DNA of 63,048 bases, counting the filler, from Olpidium bornovanus S191 (lineage: Eukaryota > Fungi > Olpidiomycota), in the NCBI GenBank assembly GCA_017911155.1. It is 31 parts of 31 records of this genome, joined end to end, with 100 filler letters (N's around TTAATTAATTAA, not from the genome) between each part and the next. Parts side by side here need not be neighbours in the genome. Positions count along the whole stretch, not along the records: positions 1 to 1,541 come from JAEFCI010003748.1; positions 1,642 to 3,835 come from JAEFCI010000219.1; positions 3,936 to 7,005 come from JAEFCI010004438.1; positions 7,106 to 9,114 come from JAEFCI010003642.1; positions 9,215 to 10,718 come from JAEFCI010003553.1; 26 more parts are not named here. One strand, given 5' to 3'. Positions 1 to 10,818 of the stretch are shown in pieces. Position 1 is the first letter of the stretch. Every line of letters begins with the position of its first letter. The position numbers and the translations under genes are program-made. The notes below the pieces were generated by a model. It was not told the DNA's origin, did not search any database, and saw only the letters and a program-made list of their open reading frames with translations.

Positions 1-111
1 CGGGAGGGGTATGACCGCGGATGCGGGGTGAGCAGATATCCAAAGCCTCGCTTCGCGGCAAATTACTTCCAAAGACAAGTGGGGGTGGGGTGAGAGGAAG
101 TGCGGACGTAC

Positions 112-1042
112 CTCTGTCATGTCCATTTTTGTGTTAACCAGTCCATCCCCGTACAGAACAAAATCCGCGGCCAACTGTCGCGACGAACGCAACCGGCACC
201 CCGCGCCGACGACGCACCGGTCCTCGACCATAGCACCAGGCTCCGTAACGGCTTTTAATTTAAGTGTGCAAGGCCAAGTGTTACGAAACCGAAATTTTTT
301 TTAAAATAGCCGGTGGCGTTGGGGGCGCGGACGGGGTGTGTGTGACGACGCACATAACGGCTCAAATCTGTTCGCGCTTCCCACTCGCGAGGCTTCAACA
401 ACTGTGAGCATGAGCGAGGTAAGAGGGGGGAGGACGGAAAGAACGCTCAGATTTCAAAGCCATCCCCAACAGGGACGTGGGGGCGGGAGCGGGCGGAAAG
501 TACCCGTCTGTTCAAGTGAAAACGAGTTCGCACACCTACGGCTGCCGACTTCAAATACGTTCCCGTCGCCTATTATCAGCGGAGCCGAAGACCTGTCCAA
601 AAACGAGCACCCGCCCGGAGGTCAGGAGGAAGGGGCGGGGAACAGGCAGGGGTTGGAGAACACCCTCATGCGGTTTCAGCCCCCCCCCCCTCCCTCGGGG
701 CTTCCAAAAACGGCACACCTGTTCCGTATCGTGGCGCTTTCCTCCACGATGTTGTCCTTGCCGATGACTATCGGCCCGTTCGCCGCCAAGATCCTGCACC
801 GCGGGTGGCAGACCGTACCTGCGCCTTAAGGTGGGTCTCTTCCGAAGTAAGTCTTTTTCTTTCTCCCCTCGATCCGCCCGGCCATAGAAAAAAAAGAAAA
901 AGGCAAAAAGGTGCGGGGGAGGGAAATAGGCAAATAAAAGACTGCCCGCAGAGAACACCTGGCAGCGTTCTTACCTATAGTAATGTCGCCGACCGTCTCC
1001 GCACCCTGGCAGACGAGCGCGCGCGGCGCGACGCGCGTTTCC
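112..1042 (-). CDS. DCTN6: Dynactin subunit 6 (p27), multi-exon, partial
   Basis: Manually spliced GT-AG exons at about 975-1042, 719-824, 542-592, 353-401 and 112-260 give ETRVAPRALVCQGAETVGDITIG/AGTVCHPRCRILAANGPIVIGKDNIVEESATIRN/..PLIIGDGNVFEVGS/..VEASRVGSANRFE/..CVVGAGCRL..VLYGDG. This is colinear with the left-handed beta-helix of DCTN6. First and last exons were not located. Confidence 0.82.
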
Positions 1043-1179
1043 CTGGGAGGGGCGGGGTGTAAGGGGCCATTCCGCCTGGTTAGCCAGATATTGGAAGTTG
1101 CGGGGCCAGGAAGGAGCGAGGAGCGGAGAGGGGGGTCGACGACATTTTCGGTTCTCAGTCCCTCTCTTGTTTCTACTCG

Positions 1180-1216
1180 CTCTCTCTCTCTCTCTCCGTC
1201 TCTCTCGCTCGGTTTG

Positions 1217-1249
<33 letters not shown>
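1180..1249. repeat. (CT)n microsatellite
   Basis: Interrupted CT dinucleotide run read directly. Confidence 0.9.
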
Positions 1250-1541
1250 GTCCAAGGGCTTGTCTTGTCGTGTGGCGGGGGAAGGTTGCGTCAGGCTGAA
1301 CAGGGGCAGCAGGGCCTGGGTCACACAGCAATGGTCGGCCTGCTGTCACGTGACTGTTCTCTGCTGTGAAAGCGAAGGCGGGTGTAGTTCGGAGCAGAGA
1401 CGTAGAGTGCCGCTGGCCGTCATGACGGAGACGAGGGGAGACCGCACAGAGAACTCGCGTCGTCTGAGTGTATTCGGGTTATTTACTCTACGCCTCTTTT
1501 CGCACATCGGCCCGAAAGGGGATGCTACGGAAAAGGGAAAG

Positions 1542-1641
1542 NNNNNNNNNNNNNNNNNNNNNNNNNNNNNNNNNNNNNNNNNNNNTTAATTAATTAANNN
1601 NNNNNNNNNNNNNNNNNNNNNNNNNNNNNNNNNNNNNNNNN
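1542..1641. other. Artificial contig-joining spacer (first of 30)
   Basis: 44 N + TTAATTAATTAA (stops in six frames) + 44 N. Identical spacers start at 3836, 7006, 9115, 10719, 13825, 14970, 16310, 18619, 20279, 21921, 23161, 24305, 25804, 29943, 33397, 34563, 37201, 39985, 42082, 43440, 45615, 46821, 48191, 52001, 54370, 55589, 57057, 58878 and 61266. Confidence 0.99.
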
Positions 1642-3714
1642 GAAGGATTTTTACGAACAGCGGTAAATCCCTTCTCCGTGATCAAGCTGCGGACTAATTT
1701 TCAGCCATCTCTGTCCGACAAGCGGCGCCTTCCCTTTATGGGGGAAGGGAGGAGGGGCATGCTTGAAGGCAAACGAGACCAACCGCTGGGTGATCAATGC
1801 TCTTTCGCGGTAAAACTCCCTGCAGCGACCAAATAAAATATTTCTCGGCTAAGTGGGCGGCGCGTTTAACAATGACGCGCCGCCACCTGCGGAAAATCCA
1901 CGGCCCTACCGAGTCCCGTGCGACGCTTCTCCGATCAAAACAACTTCGGCAGGCCCTGGACCGCGAGGAGAGTAACGAGGAGATTAGGTACAATCAACGA
2001 GCCGGGTTCGGGCCCGGTTCCCGTTACCGACATGCACCCGACGTGAGGAGACGCCACACGATAACAGGATCGAAAACGCGCTCCGGCGCCTGGTTGGGAT
2101 ACCCCACCCACCGACGGCCTCGATCAGCGCATCGTAGTCGTGGTGCGGGTGGTTGAGCTTGAGGGGGTGCGCGAACTTCCTGAGGTTTGGCCTGGTGAGA
2201 AACCGCGGCCAAAGACTTCGGACCGTGAGCAAGAGCAATTTTTCCTGCACGCCCCCCCCCCCCTCCCTTCCCCACCCGCGCGCGCGCGCCAGGACACCAG
2301 GGAAGAACGCGAGGAGTGGGGAGCGGGCTGGAAGGGGCGAAAGCAGCGGAAGCGGGTAACAGAAACGCGGCTTCGGAAGTGCTGCGTACGACGCCATTCC
2401 GGGTTCTCTCTATTTTTCCGTCGCGTTTTATGTTTTGCTGCGGCTCCGCGCTGGCTTTTTTTTTTTTGTTTCGCGCCCCTGTTTTGAGCGCGTAGAGCGA
2501 TGATTGCGTCACCGCCGCTTTTAGAATTGAAGGGGGGAAAGGGGGGGGAATTGTAGAACCGAGAAGGTTTTCAGGGTTCGAAAGAGCTCTGCGAGGGCTG
2601 TATTTTTCGACTTCTGTTTACTTTTATATATGAGGGCTCTACGGCTACGTTCAGGCGCGGAGTGTACGCAGCGCCCCTTTGCTCAGCCTCCCCCTTCACG
2701 ATTCTATCTGACAGGAATGCGGGCTGGGGCGAGAAAGAGTTCGGAGGGCGCGTGGCGTTTGGCAACGTCTCCCCGCCGCGAGATATATGTAATATGACGG
2801 TGTCCTTGAATCCCACAAGACGCGGCAGCAGCAGCAGCATTTAATCAACAGTCTCCGGACGGCCATCACACAAGCGGAAGTAAACCGCCGGCGGAACGGT
2901 TCCACGTCGGCCCTGCCTTCTTGCGGTTTTACGGGCAATTTGGGCGCGGGACCATATCCGGCAGAACTGTGAGGCACGGTGATCCTTACTTCCCAGGGAA
3001 ATGTTTGATGGCCGCCGCCAACCCCGACGACGTGCGCCTCGGGACTCTGTGGATGGGTTTTGACGACAGTGCACGCCCTTGTCTCGATCGGCGGTGGGGG
3101 GCCAGCGAGCCAGGGCTGGTTCCCTTTGTCGCATAGCCTGTTCCGTTTTTGTTATTGAATCGGCTGGGCAGGAGGACATGAAATCACAGCGCTGGCCTTT
3201 TTCAGGCATGGCTATTCTAATCAGTGGGTCAAAAAAAGAATGTGTTGGGATTTGGAGTACATTGGCGAGCTTGATCCCTTGATCCCAACCGTCAATTCCC
3301 ACTGCGCGGAAACGTCGCCGGAGACGGCGCCAGTCCGCTGCCCACGACCCATGGCGGCTTCAAGAAGAGTCCGCGGTCTGGCAGCAAGACCAGACGCTGC
3401 ACAAGCATCCGGAGAGATGCCGGGTACCTTTTCTGCCCAAAACGGCGCAAGCAGTGTTATTTTTTGCTCGTTCGGCCAGAATTTCGGCCAGGAGGCGCGG
3501 AATATGAGGGGCCGCTGAGGATACAGCCAGAGGTTCTCAGTCGCCTGATGTATCTGGAAGGGCGTCCTCAGCCATGGCTTCCTTGTCAGAACCCCGTGAG
3601 CGAGAAGCACGGCAGCTGTGCATTCGTCCCGGACGACGTCGCCTCCAGCCGTAAGCAGCACAGGAGACAGGAGAGTAGGTTTCGCGGTCGAGGAGGCACC
3701 TTTTAAGGTGGCTA

Positions 3715-3835
<121 letters not shown>

Positions 3836-4143
3836 NNNNNNNNNNNNNNNNNNNNNNNNNNNNNNNNNNNNNNNNNNNNTTAATTAATTAANNNNNNNNN
3901 NNNNNNNNNNNNNNNNNNNNNNNNNNNNNNNNNNNACTCGTGCTGGCGGCCACCGGAAAAAAAAAAATGCTCGCCGCCGGCCTTTCGCTTCGCAACAAGG
4001 TTGAGAGAGTCAAACCCAGGGCTTCGCCTCAACCTATCTTGTCGGGAATCTCATGTATCACGGGGAGTTGCCCGTTGCACACCTGTCGTACAGGACCGAT
4101 AAGACGCAACGCCGGTGGGGCGAACGGGATAAACCGAGCTTCA

Positions 4144-6778
4144 TCAAACCAAAGCGCATTTTCGGAAAAAAAAAAACAGCAAAACCGAACAAGATTTTGA
4201 GGCGGAAGAAGCGCGCTTACCGAGGTTGTCCGCCTGCATCAAACCGGCCATGTTAAGTAGCGCCTTCGTCATGTCGCTGTTTCCCAAATTAACGTGGGCG
4301 CGTCGCTCCGCGTCCCGAGCATCGAAGGCCCTTTCCCCCTGCTGCCTTTGAAGAGCGGCGCGGCCGCCGAGGCCCCACACCTCCACCTGGAAACAGTTTT
4401 TGGGATGGCGCACGCGAGCGCCCGAAAAACGTGAGCAGGGCGACGTCTTACGGTTCCGCAGCGCGGCGTCCGGGGGGGGACGGCAACGCGTCGACGAGCG
4501 ATCGACGAACTCGGATCTGCAAGCAAACGGCGAAACGCGCAACAGCTCGCACCAGGCAGATGTCGAATCTGATCGAATATTGCCCTTTCGGTGAATAAGC
4601 GAACGTCGGCGTGACATCCTGTATGCGAGCGATGGGACGGAAAAGTGGTTAGGCGGAGTCGAAGGCGAAGGGGCCGCGAAACGGGGCAAAGCGAACAAGA
4701 TGTTTTTCCGATCCGCTCCAACAGGAACGTCGAGACATTCTCTCCAACAAAAACGTCGAAACTATAAAATGCAATATTCGAATGCTGGTGTATGCAGTTG
4801 GCGGGGTGGGGGAGGAAGTTTTCATATGTCGCGCACGAGTCAAACCACTCTGACAAGAAAGAAAGACAAAACGGGCCTCCCTGGTAATAATCATTTCTCC
4901 ACCATCCGGATTCCAGTGACGGCTCTATCACAAGCCTCGCCTTGTCTGGTTTGGCATTGCCGCCGAAACAGAGGCCTGTGGTTGGATGGTAGGAGATGTA
5001 CTGGTTGTTCCGCTTTACGGTGGGCAGGACCTCGAAAGACCCTTTCCACCCGTTGTGCTGGGGAGGCGACATTTCGAACAGAAAGGTATCTTCGTTACCC
5101 CACGTGTGTTTGCTCTTCTGCCACGGAACGGGTATAAAGGCGCCGAGGATATACGGTTGGTATCCTTCCTTTGAAGCGGTCGATTCGATGTGGATAACGA
5201 GCAATGTCGGGCCCGGATATTTGAATACCTACCCGCGCCGACGAGCGAAGTCGAACGGACGTCCACAGGTGAGCACCGAGAACTGACGCGGAGCGACTCA
5301 TCCGCCGCCGCCACGAGCCAAAAAAAAAAAAAAAAAAAAAAAGGCGACACCTCCTACCTGGGCTTCCAAACTGCTGAGGGACCTCCCGTGGTCAGTAGCC
5401 CTGTACAGAAGATCCCATTGTACCCGTTTCGTCGCCGACGCGGGAAGAAACCACGTCAGAACCCACATGTCGACCAACGTCGTGATGATGTCAGACGTGG
5501 CGAGAACCTTGGAAACGTCCACCGAAAGCTCGCGGCCGCCGCCGTCTGCGTGCGACGGCGGTGCCGCGGCTCTCGAAGCCCCGGTAGAAATGGTAGCCGT
5601 CAAAGGCGAGTTGGAGCCGCTGTGCGAGGCCCCGGCGAGGACGCTTAAGGTCCCGTGCACGTATGCTCTGAAGATATCATAAAGGTGCGGCGTTTGGCGC
5701 TTGAACCAGAGGGAGAAGTCACGAGAGCAGATCCACTGCCCAGGGATTTCGATGTTTGCCGAGACAGGCCCTTTCGGTGACATGCAGCTGTTGCTGAAGC
5801 GGATGAGGGACGCGACGACGTCCGCCATGCGATCATTTTCGGCGCGGTCGCACGCGTCTTTGTTCACGTCCAAAGTCGCCGAAGGACTCCCGGCCCCCGC
5901 GGCGGTCGCCTGAAACTGGCACCGGGCGCACCAGGCCAAGCCGCAGAGAAACCCGTGGAGGTCTGAAGCCAACACGGGAATCCCGGGGGCGACCGGGCCG
6001 AAAAGTTCCGGGAGATAGTGGTTTTTATTCTGGAGGTTAGGAGGCGCGACGTGTTCGTTCTCCGGACCGGCAAGAGCCTCGAAGATCAACCTATCCGAAT
6101 CGATATCGCTGCGCACGTTTGCGGCGAGGCCGTCGAACACGGCCACGGAGCCGAGGAACTCCGGAAAGTTCAGGCCGTCTGTGGCGCTCAGATCGTCGGG
6201 CCGCGTGGCGGTCAGCAAGCAGGGGAGGCGGGTGAAGATCCGGTAAAGCAGGTCGCCAAACGCCGATATGTGTGGCGGCAAGGCGAAGCTCGACTGGAAA
6301 GATTCAATTTAATTTGATTTGATTTTTCGGAAGACAGGTCAGAACCGGAAAAACTCCCGAGAGTTTCCGCGCGATCCGCGCGGGTTTTTGGCGATGTGGG
6401 GGGAGGGGGGGGAGGGGAGGGGAGGGGGAGAGAGAAACATCTCACCAGGAACGCCGCTTTTAGCACCACCGTTTCTCGGTCGAAGGTTCCGCCGGCGGGA
6501 CCGGGCCGCGCGCCCTGGCCGCCGGCCGCGCCTCTCGCGGCCATGGACGCGAACGCGGCCTTCAGAGCCGACAGGTCCGCCTTGGGAAACACGGCTTCGG
6601 ACACGATGTTCACGCGCGCCCGGGCGCCGCCGCCGCCGCGCTTGCGGCTCTGCGGCGGCGGCTCTGCGGCGGCGGCGGCGGGCGCAGGGGCGCGGGGGCG
6701 TCCGGCATGGCGGCCTGCGGGCGGGAGGGCGTCGTCGTCGTCGTCGTCGCCGGCGTCCCTGGACGACAGCCCTCCCAT
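4144..6778 (-). CDS. TLDc-domain protein, Rtc5/MEAK7-like, multi-exon
   Basis: N-terminus MGGLSSR (myristoylation-type). TLDc motifs WDLLYRATDHGRSLSSL, YILGAFIPVPW..WGNEDTFLF and GLCFGG. C-terminal EVWGLGG..QRQQGERAFDARDAERRAHVNL..KALLNMAGL is typical of Rtc5/MEAK7. The 3' end is approximate. Confidence 0.8.
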
Positions 6779-9700
6779 AGACAGGCGGAGAGAGGGCGGC
6801 TGCGGTCCGCGAGCGGGACCTCCCCTCTCCTTTCCGGGGTCTCTTCGTTTGTTTCTTTTTTTTTTTTTTTTTTTTCCTTTCTGTGGGGGGCGGGGTGGGG
6901 GAAGGGGCGGGTGGTTGTTGCGTGTGATGCGGGTGCGAAGCGCGCGCGGCTGAGAAACTGAGAGAGAGAGTGAGAGAGAGTGAGAGAGAGTGAGAGAGAG
7001 AGAGANNNNNNNNNNNNNNNNNNNNNNNNNNNNNNNNNNNNNNNNNNNNTTAATTAATTAANNNNNNNNNNNNNNNNNNNNNNNNNNNNNNNNNNNNNNN
7101 NNNNNGACACTAAGTTCGGCTGGCGCTGCCCACGCCGATTTTCAAGACGGCGCTGGCAGCTGCATTGCTTGCACTTCTTGGAGCACTGCCTCCATCGCGG
7201 GGTCTCCCTCGTTCCCTTGGACATGGAGAGGGGGGTCGGGTGGTGGGGAAGAGGGAAAAGGAAGAGGGAAGGACGAAGGGTGGGCTTTCTTTTGAACAGA
7301 AATTCCACGTCCGCTTTCTGATTCTTTCCGCCCTAGTTTTTGCAGGAAATGCGACGGGGGGCGCGCGGGGCGGGCGGATCGGCGCGCCGGGGGCGGCGGG
7401 GGGGGGGGGGGGGGGGGGGTAGCCATGGAAGCAGTCAAATGGAAACCAGAGGAGAACCTCGTGGGCGAAGAAAGGAAAACAAACGAACGATCTCTGCAGG
7501 CAGAAATCCGACAGAGTTTCGCGAGGTTTCGCGACGAGCGCGGGTTTGAGAGGCGTCCGGAGGCGCCCGGGTTTCTGATTTTTTGTGATGAGGCCGGGAG
7601 AGAAGTGGAATCAAAAGCCGTTGACTGCGCTGTGCTGCACGAAAGCTTGATTCAAGGACCAGGCGTCTAGTTTGGTTGAGCGCGCGCGGTTTGTTGGGAG
7701 AAAAGTAGCCGCCGACGTCTATCATAACGGCAACTGTGCCGCTGAAGCTGTGCGTTATTCAGGAGTTGGACGGTTTTTAGAAAGCGCATGCCAAGCCGGC
7801 AGCGTAACCGGAGGTAGCAGAGTCCGCACTGAGCAAAAATAAGAACAATAATTAAAAGAAACAAGCACGACGCGCCGAGCGGAGAAACGCGTGCAGGTCC
7901 TTTCGGCTTCCGGGCCCCCCACCCCTTGTTTCCTGGGGGTGCACGTCGGGGGGGACATGATCCGGACGCCAACCAATTTGTCTGGGACTTCCCGTGATCG
8001 CCAGGTTGCACAGGAACCATCCCTTGGCCGAGTCGCAAGACTCTTGACAAGCTCAAGCCGTCTCAAACCTGGCAAGGCCAGGTTAGCCCCCGTAGTGGGT
8101 TTTTCACAAATTTGTCTACTGGGACCCGATGTAACACGGACTTGCATGTGGGTTTGCTTGGATTTGCGGGTTTCGCAGTGTTCGTGGGTTTCGTGGAGTT
8201 TGTGGATTTTTGTGATGGGATACGTTAAATTCGGTTTTGATTGCTGGACTGAAGACTGCCATCTCCCCGCAAGTGAACTTTGGGCACAACTGTGTTTTGG
8301 CCGGTCTCACGACTCTAATACCAGACAGGACTCCGCACCTCAGGGCGATGCGCTTGTTAATCTCATTGGCCGGCTGGAGATACGTGAGCGACAGCGAGAT
8401 CTTGGTCTTCGTCGCTGTAACACCCCGCGTGTTGCGGGTCTCGTCAGCAAACAGATTGATAAGCGCAGACCGGACGCCGACGGGCGGCTTGCCCCCCGCT
8501 GGAGAATGAGGGAGCGCCGCAACAACGCGACGTTATGCCAGACCGGGTTGCGCTTAGGAAGCTGAGTCCTGCTCGCAAAGACATCACCGCGATTCTGGTC
8601 CTGGTACATAGGTTAGCGAACCAGATGGACACCAAGAGAGGGCGAGTTTTCTGGCTTCTTATTTTGCCGACCGGCGCGGGAGAGCGTGGGAGAAGGGCGG
8701 AGCAGGGAAATGCGTAAACGGTCACTTGACAAACGCGCTTCCCAAAGCGCTGCCCCCCACCCGTTTTTCCTCCGCCCTCCCCACTCAGCGAGCGCAGCGG
8801 GAGCCCGAGAGCTGAAAAAAAAAGCCAGCTTGCGAAAACGAAAATGTCTTATTTTCGACGCAATAGACAAGATATAACAAGTATACTCACGTTACGCACT
8901 CTGCGCTGTCGAGGAACGGAATTATCTGGAGACGTGATTCTAGCTAGTACGAGATCAAGATCGAGAAGTGGTTTTCATGCGCAGTGGGGACTCTATCTGG
9001 GACTACGACGTTATTGGTCTTTTATAGGCGTGGGCGGGTAGCCGACGCCTTGGCGGCTCGTAGTCAGAGTCCCTTCATCGTGAGCGCAGTGTGTGCGCGC
9101 GGGTGTGTGGGCGCNNNNNNNNNNNNNNNNNNNNNNNNNNNNNNNNNNNNNNNNNNNNTTAATTAATTAANNNNNNNNNNNNNNNNNNNNNNNNNNNNNN
9201 NNNNNNNNNNNNNNAACCTTTTTGATCGACTCGTACAAACTCCGTAAATAATTTTCCGGCTCCCTGAATTCAATGAAATATGTAATGCGCTCCTAACTCC
9301 AGAAAGGCGAGTGGATTCCAAATGAAAGTTTTGTTGTTTTGCGAATCCAGCCAGCTCTTGCGCATATGGGCTACGTACGTCGGGGAAATCCCTCGAAACA
9401 TGCCATTTAAGGATGGGCGCGGTGTAACCGTTGGCCGAGGATGCAGTCTCGTTTCGGTGAAGCGGCGCGCTCGGAAAAAACCCCCCCCCCCCCGACACTG
9501 TCTCGGTCGCAATGAGTTTCGGAGAATTCGCAACTCGCCAAAAACAGTAGGTTTTTATTTGGCGCGACCCGGCGTGGCATGGCGGAAACATCACGTGGGC
9601 CAGCAGGATTTTCGAAACAACACGTGGGCGGAATCGGGGCGCATGGTGTCGGGGCGTTGCCTTTGTCGTGTCTTGCACTGTTACCTCGCTTCCGAACCTG

Positions 9701-9818
9701 CCCGCGCTTATGAAAACAGGCCCTTCTTCAGCAAGAATCGTTCTTCTGCATCAAACATTTACCACCCCTTCGCACTTCACATCGTGCACTTCACATCCTG
9801 CACTTCACATCATTTACG

Positions 9819-10208
9819 ATGTCTGGCAAATTGAGCTTCTGCGCCGCGCTGGTCGCCGCGTCTCTGGCCGCTCTCTCTGCGCTTCAAGTTACCTCTGCAA
9901 TCACCAGCTATGAGCCGTAATATTGCTCCTGCCACGACCGGCATCAGATCTTTAAAGAAATTGTCGGTTATTGCAATGCGGATAGCATCACAGTTTTTCT
10001 GAATTTCGATTTGAATATTCCATTCAACGTAATCCGAATCCAAGTTGAGGAAGAAAACGACAAGGCTTTACAGGACTGCGCTTTTGCCGCAGTCGAGTTA
10101 GAATGCCGGCGCCGTGGTTACACCTCGGGGGTTGGGCCGCCGACTGCCGGCACCGGTAAAACTTCGGAAAACACCTATGTCTTTGAAGGCGAGTGCAATC
10201 TTCTCTGA
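9819..10208 (+). CDS. Small secreted Cys-containing protein (in-frame TAA at 9918-9920, or a 69-nt intron removing it)
   Basis: MSGKLSFCAALVAASLAALSALQVTSA reads as a signal peptide. The frame continues past one TAA to TGA at 10208 (..YCSCHDRH..GYCNAD..DCAF..ECRR..ECNLL). Confidence 0.55.
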
Positions 10209-10260
10209 TCGAAACATACCTCCGATTAGAGGCTGCCGGCCCAGGACTTTACCAGATGCT

Positions 10261-10647
10261 TCCCCCGCAAGTATGGAGCGTGACCGTTTTCCCCCCGCAA
10301 GTATATAGCGCGACCGTTTTCCCCCCGCGAGTATATAGCGCGACCGTTTTCCCCCGGTAATAACCCGCACGGCATTTAATCGGCTGCCCGCGGGTATATA
10401 GCGCGACCGTTTTTCCGCCACGAGTTTATAACGCGACCGTTTTCCCCCGGTAACAACTCGCACGGCATTTAATCGGCAGCGCAAGTTTGAAGACGCGCCG
10501 TTATCTTGAGATGCACACACCTTGGCTGGGCGGGGCTCAGTGGGGGGGGGGCGCCTTGCCCCCGTTATCTTGGCTAGGCGGGGCTCTGGCTGTGCGGGGC
10601 TTGCACCCGTTATCTTGAGATACACACACCTTGGCTGGGCGGGGCTC
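10261..10647. repeat. Higher-order tandem repeat array (30-bp A units, about 35-bp B units, then 26-42-bp C units)
   Basis: A = CCCCCCGCAAGTATATAGCGCGACCGTTTT-like (5 copies). B = CCCCCGGTAAYAACYCGCACGGCATTTAATCGGC (2 copies). C = CCGTTATCTTG..GGCGGGGCTC (3 copies). Confidence 0.9.
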
Positions 10648-10818
10648 TGTGGGCGCAAGATTGCAGTGTCTGGAGCCATTGTATTCCTGTGAGCTCGACC
10701 TTTTTTTTGTTTGTCTGGNNNNNNNNNNNNNNNNNNNNNNNNNNNNNNNNNNNNNNNNNNNNTTAATTAATTAANNNNNNNNNNNNNNNNNNNNNNNNNN
10801 NNNNNNNNNNNNNNNNNN

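Noticed and set aside
1586-1597. Recurrent TTAATTAATTAA motif, and ORFs ending in LIN or X runs
   Set aside because: This is the artificial linker inside every 100-bp spacer.
7106-9114. ORF 7891-8565 and other frames in this contig
   Set aside because: No recognisable domain, and the long frame crosses a G/T-rich motif tract.
9918-9920. TAA/TAG reassigned to Gln, suggested by several in-frame TAA codons
   Set aside because: None of the conserved exons I traced contains an in-frame stop, and histone H3 ends at TAG right after its conserved terminus. The TAA cases are confined to decayed or ambiguous frames. Apparent stops in SEC7 and MCM7 fall in introns.
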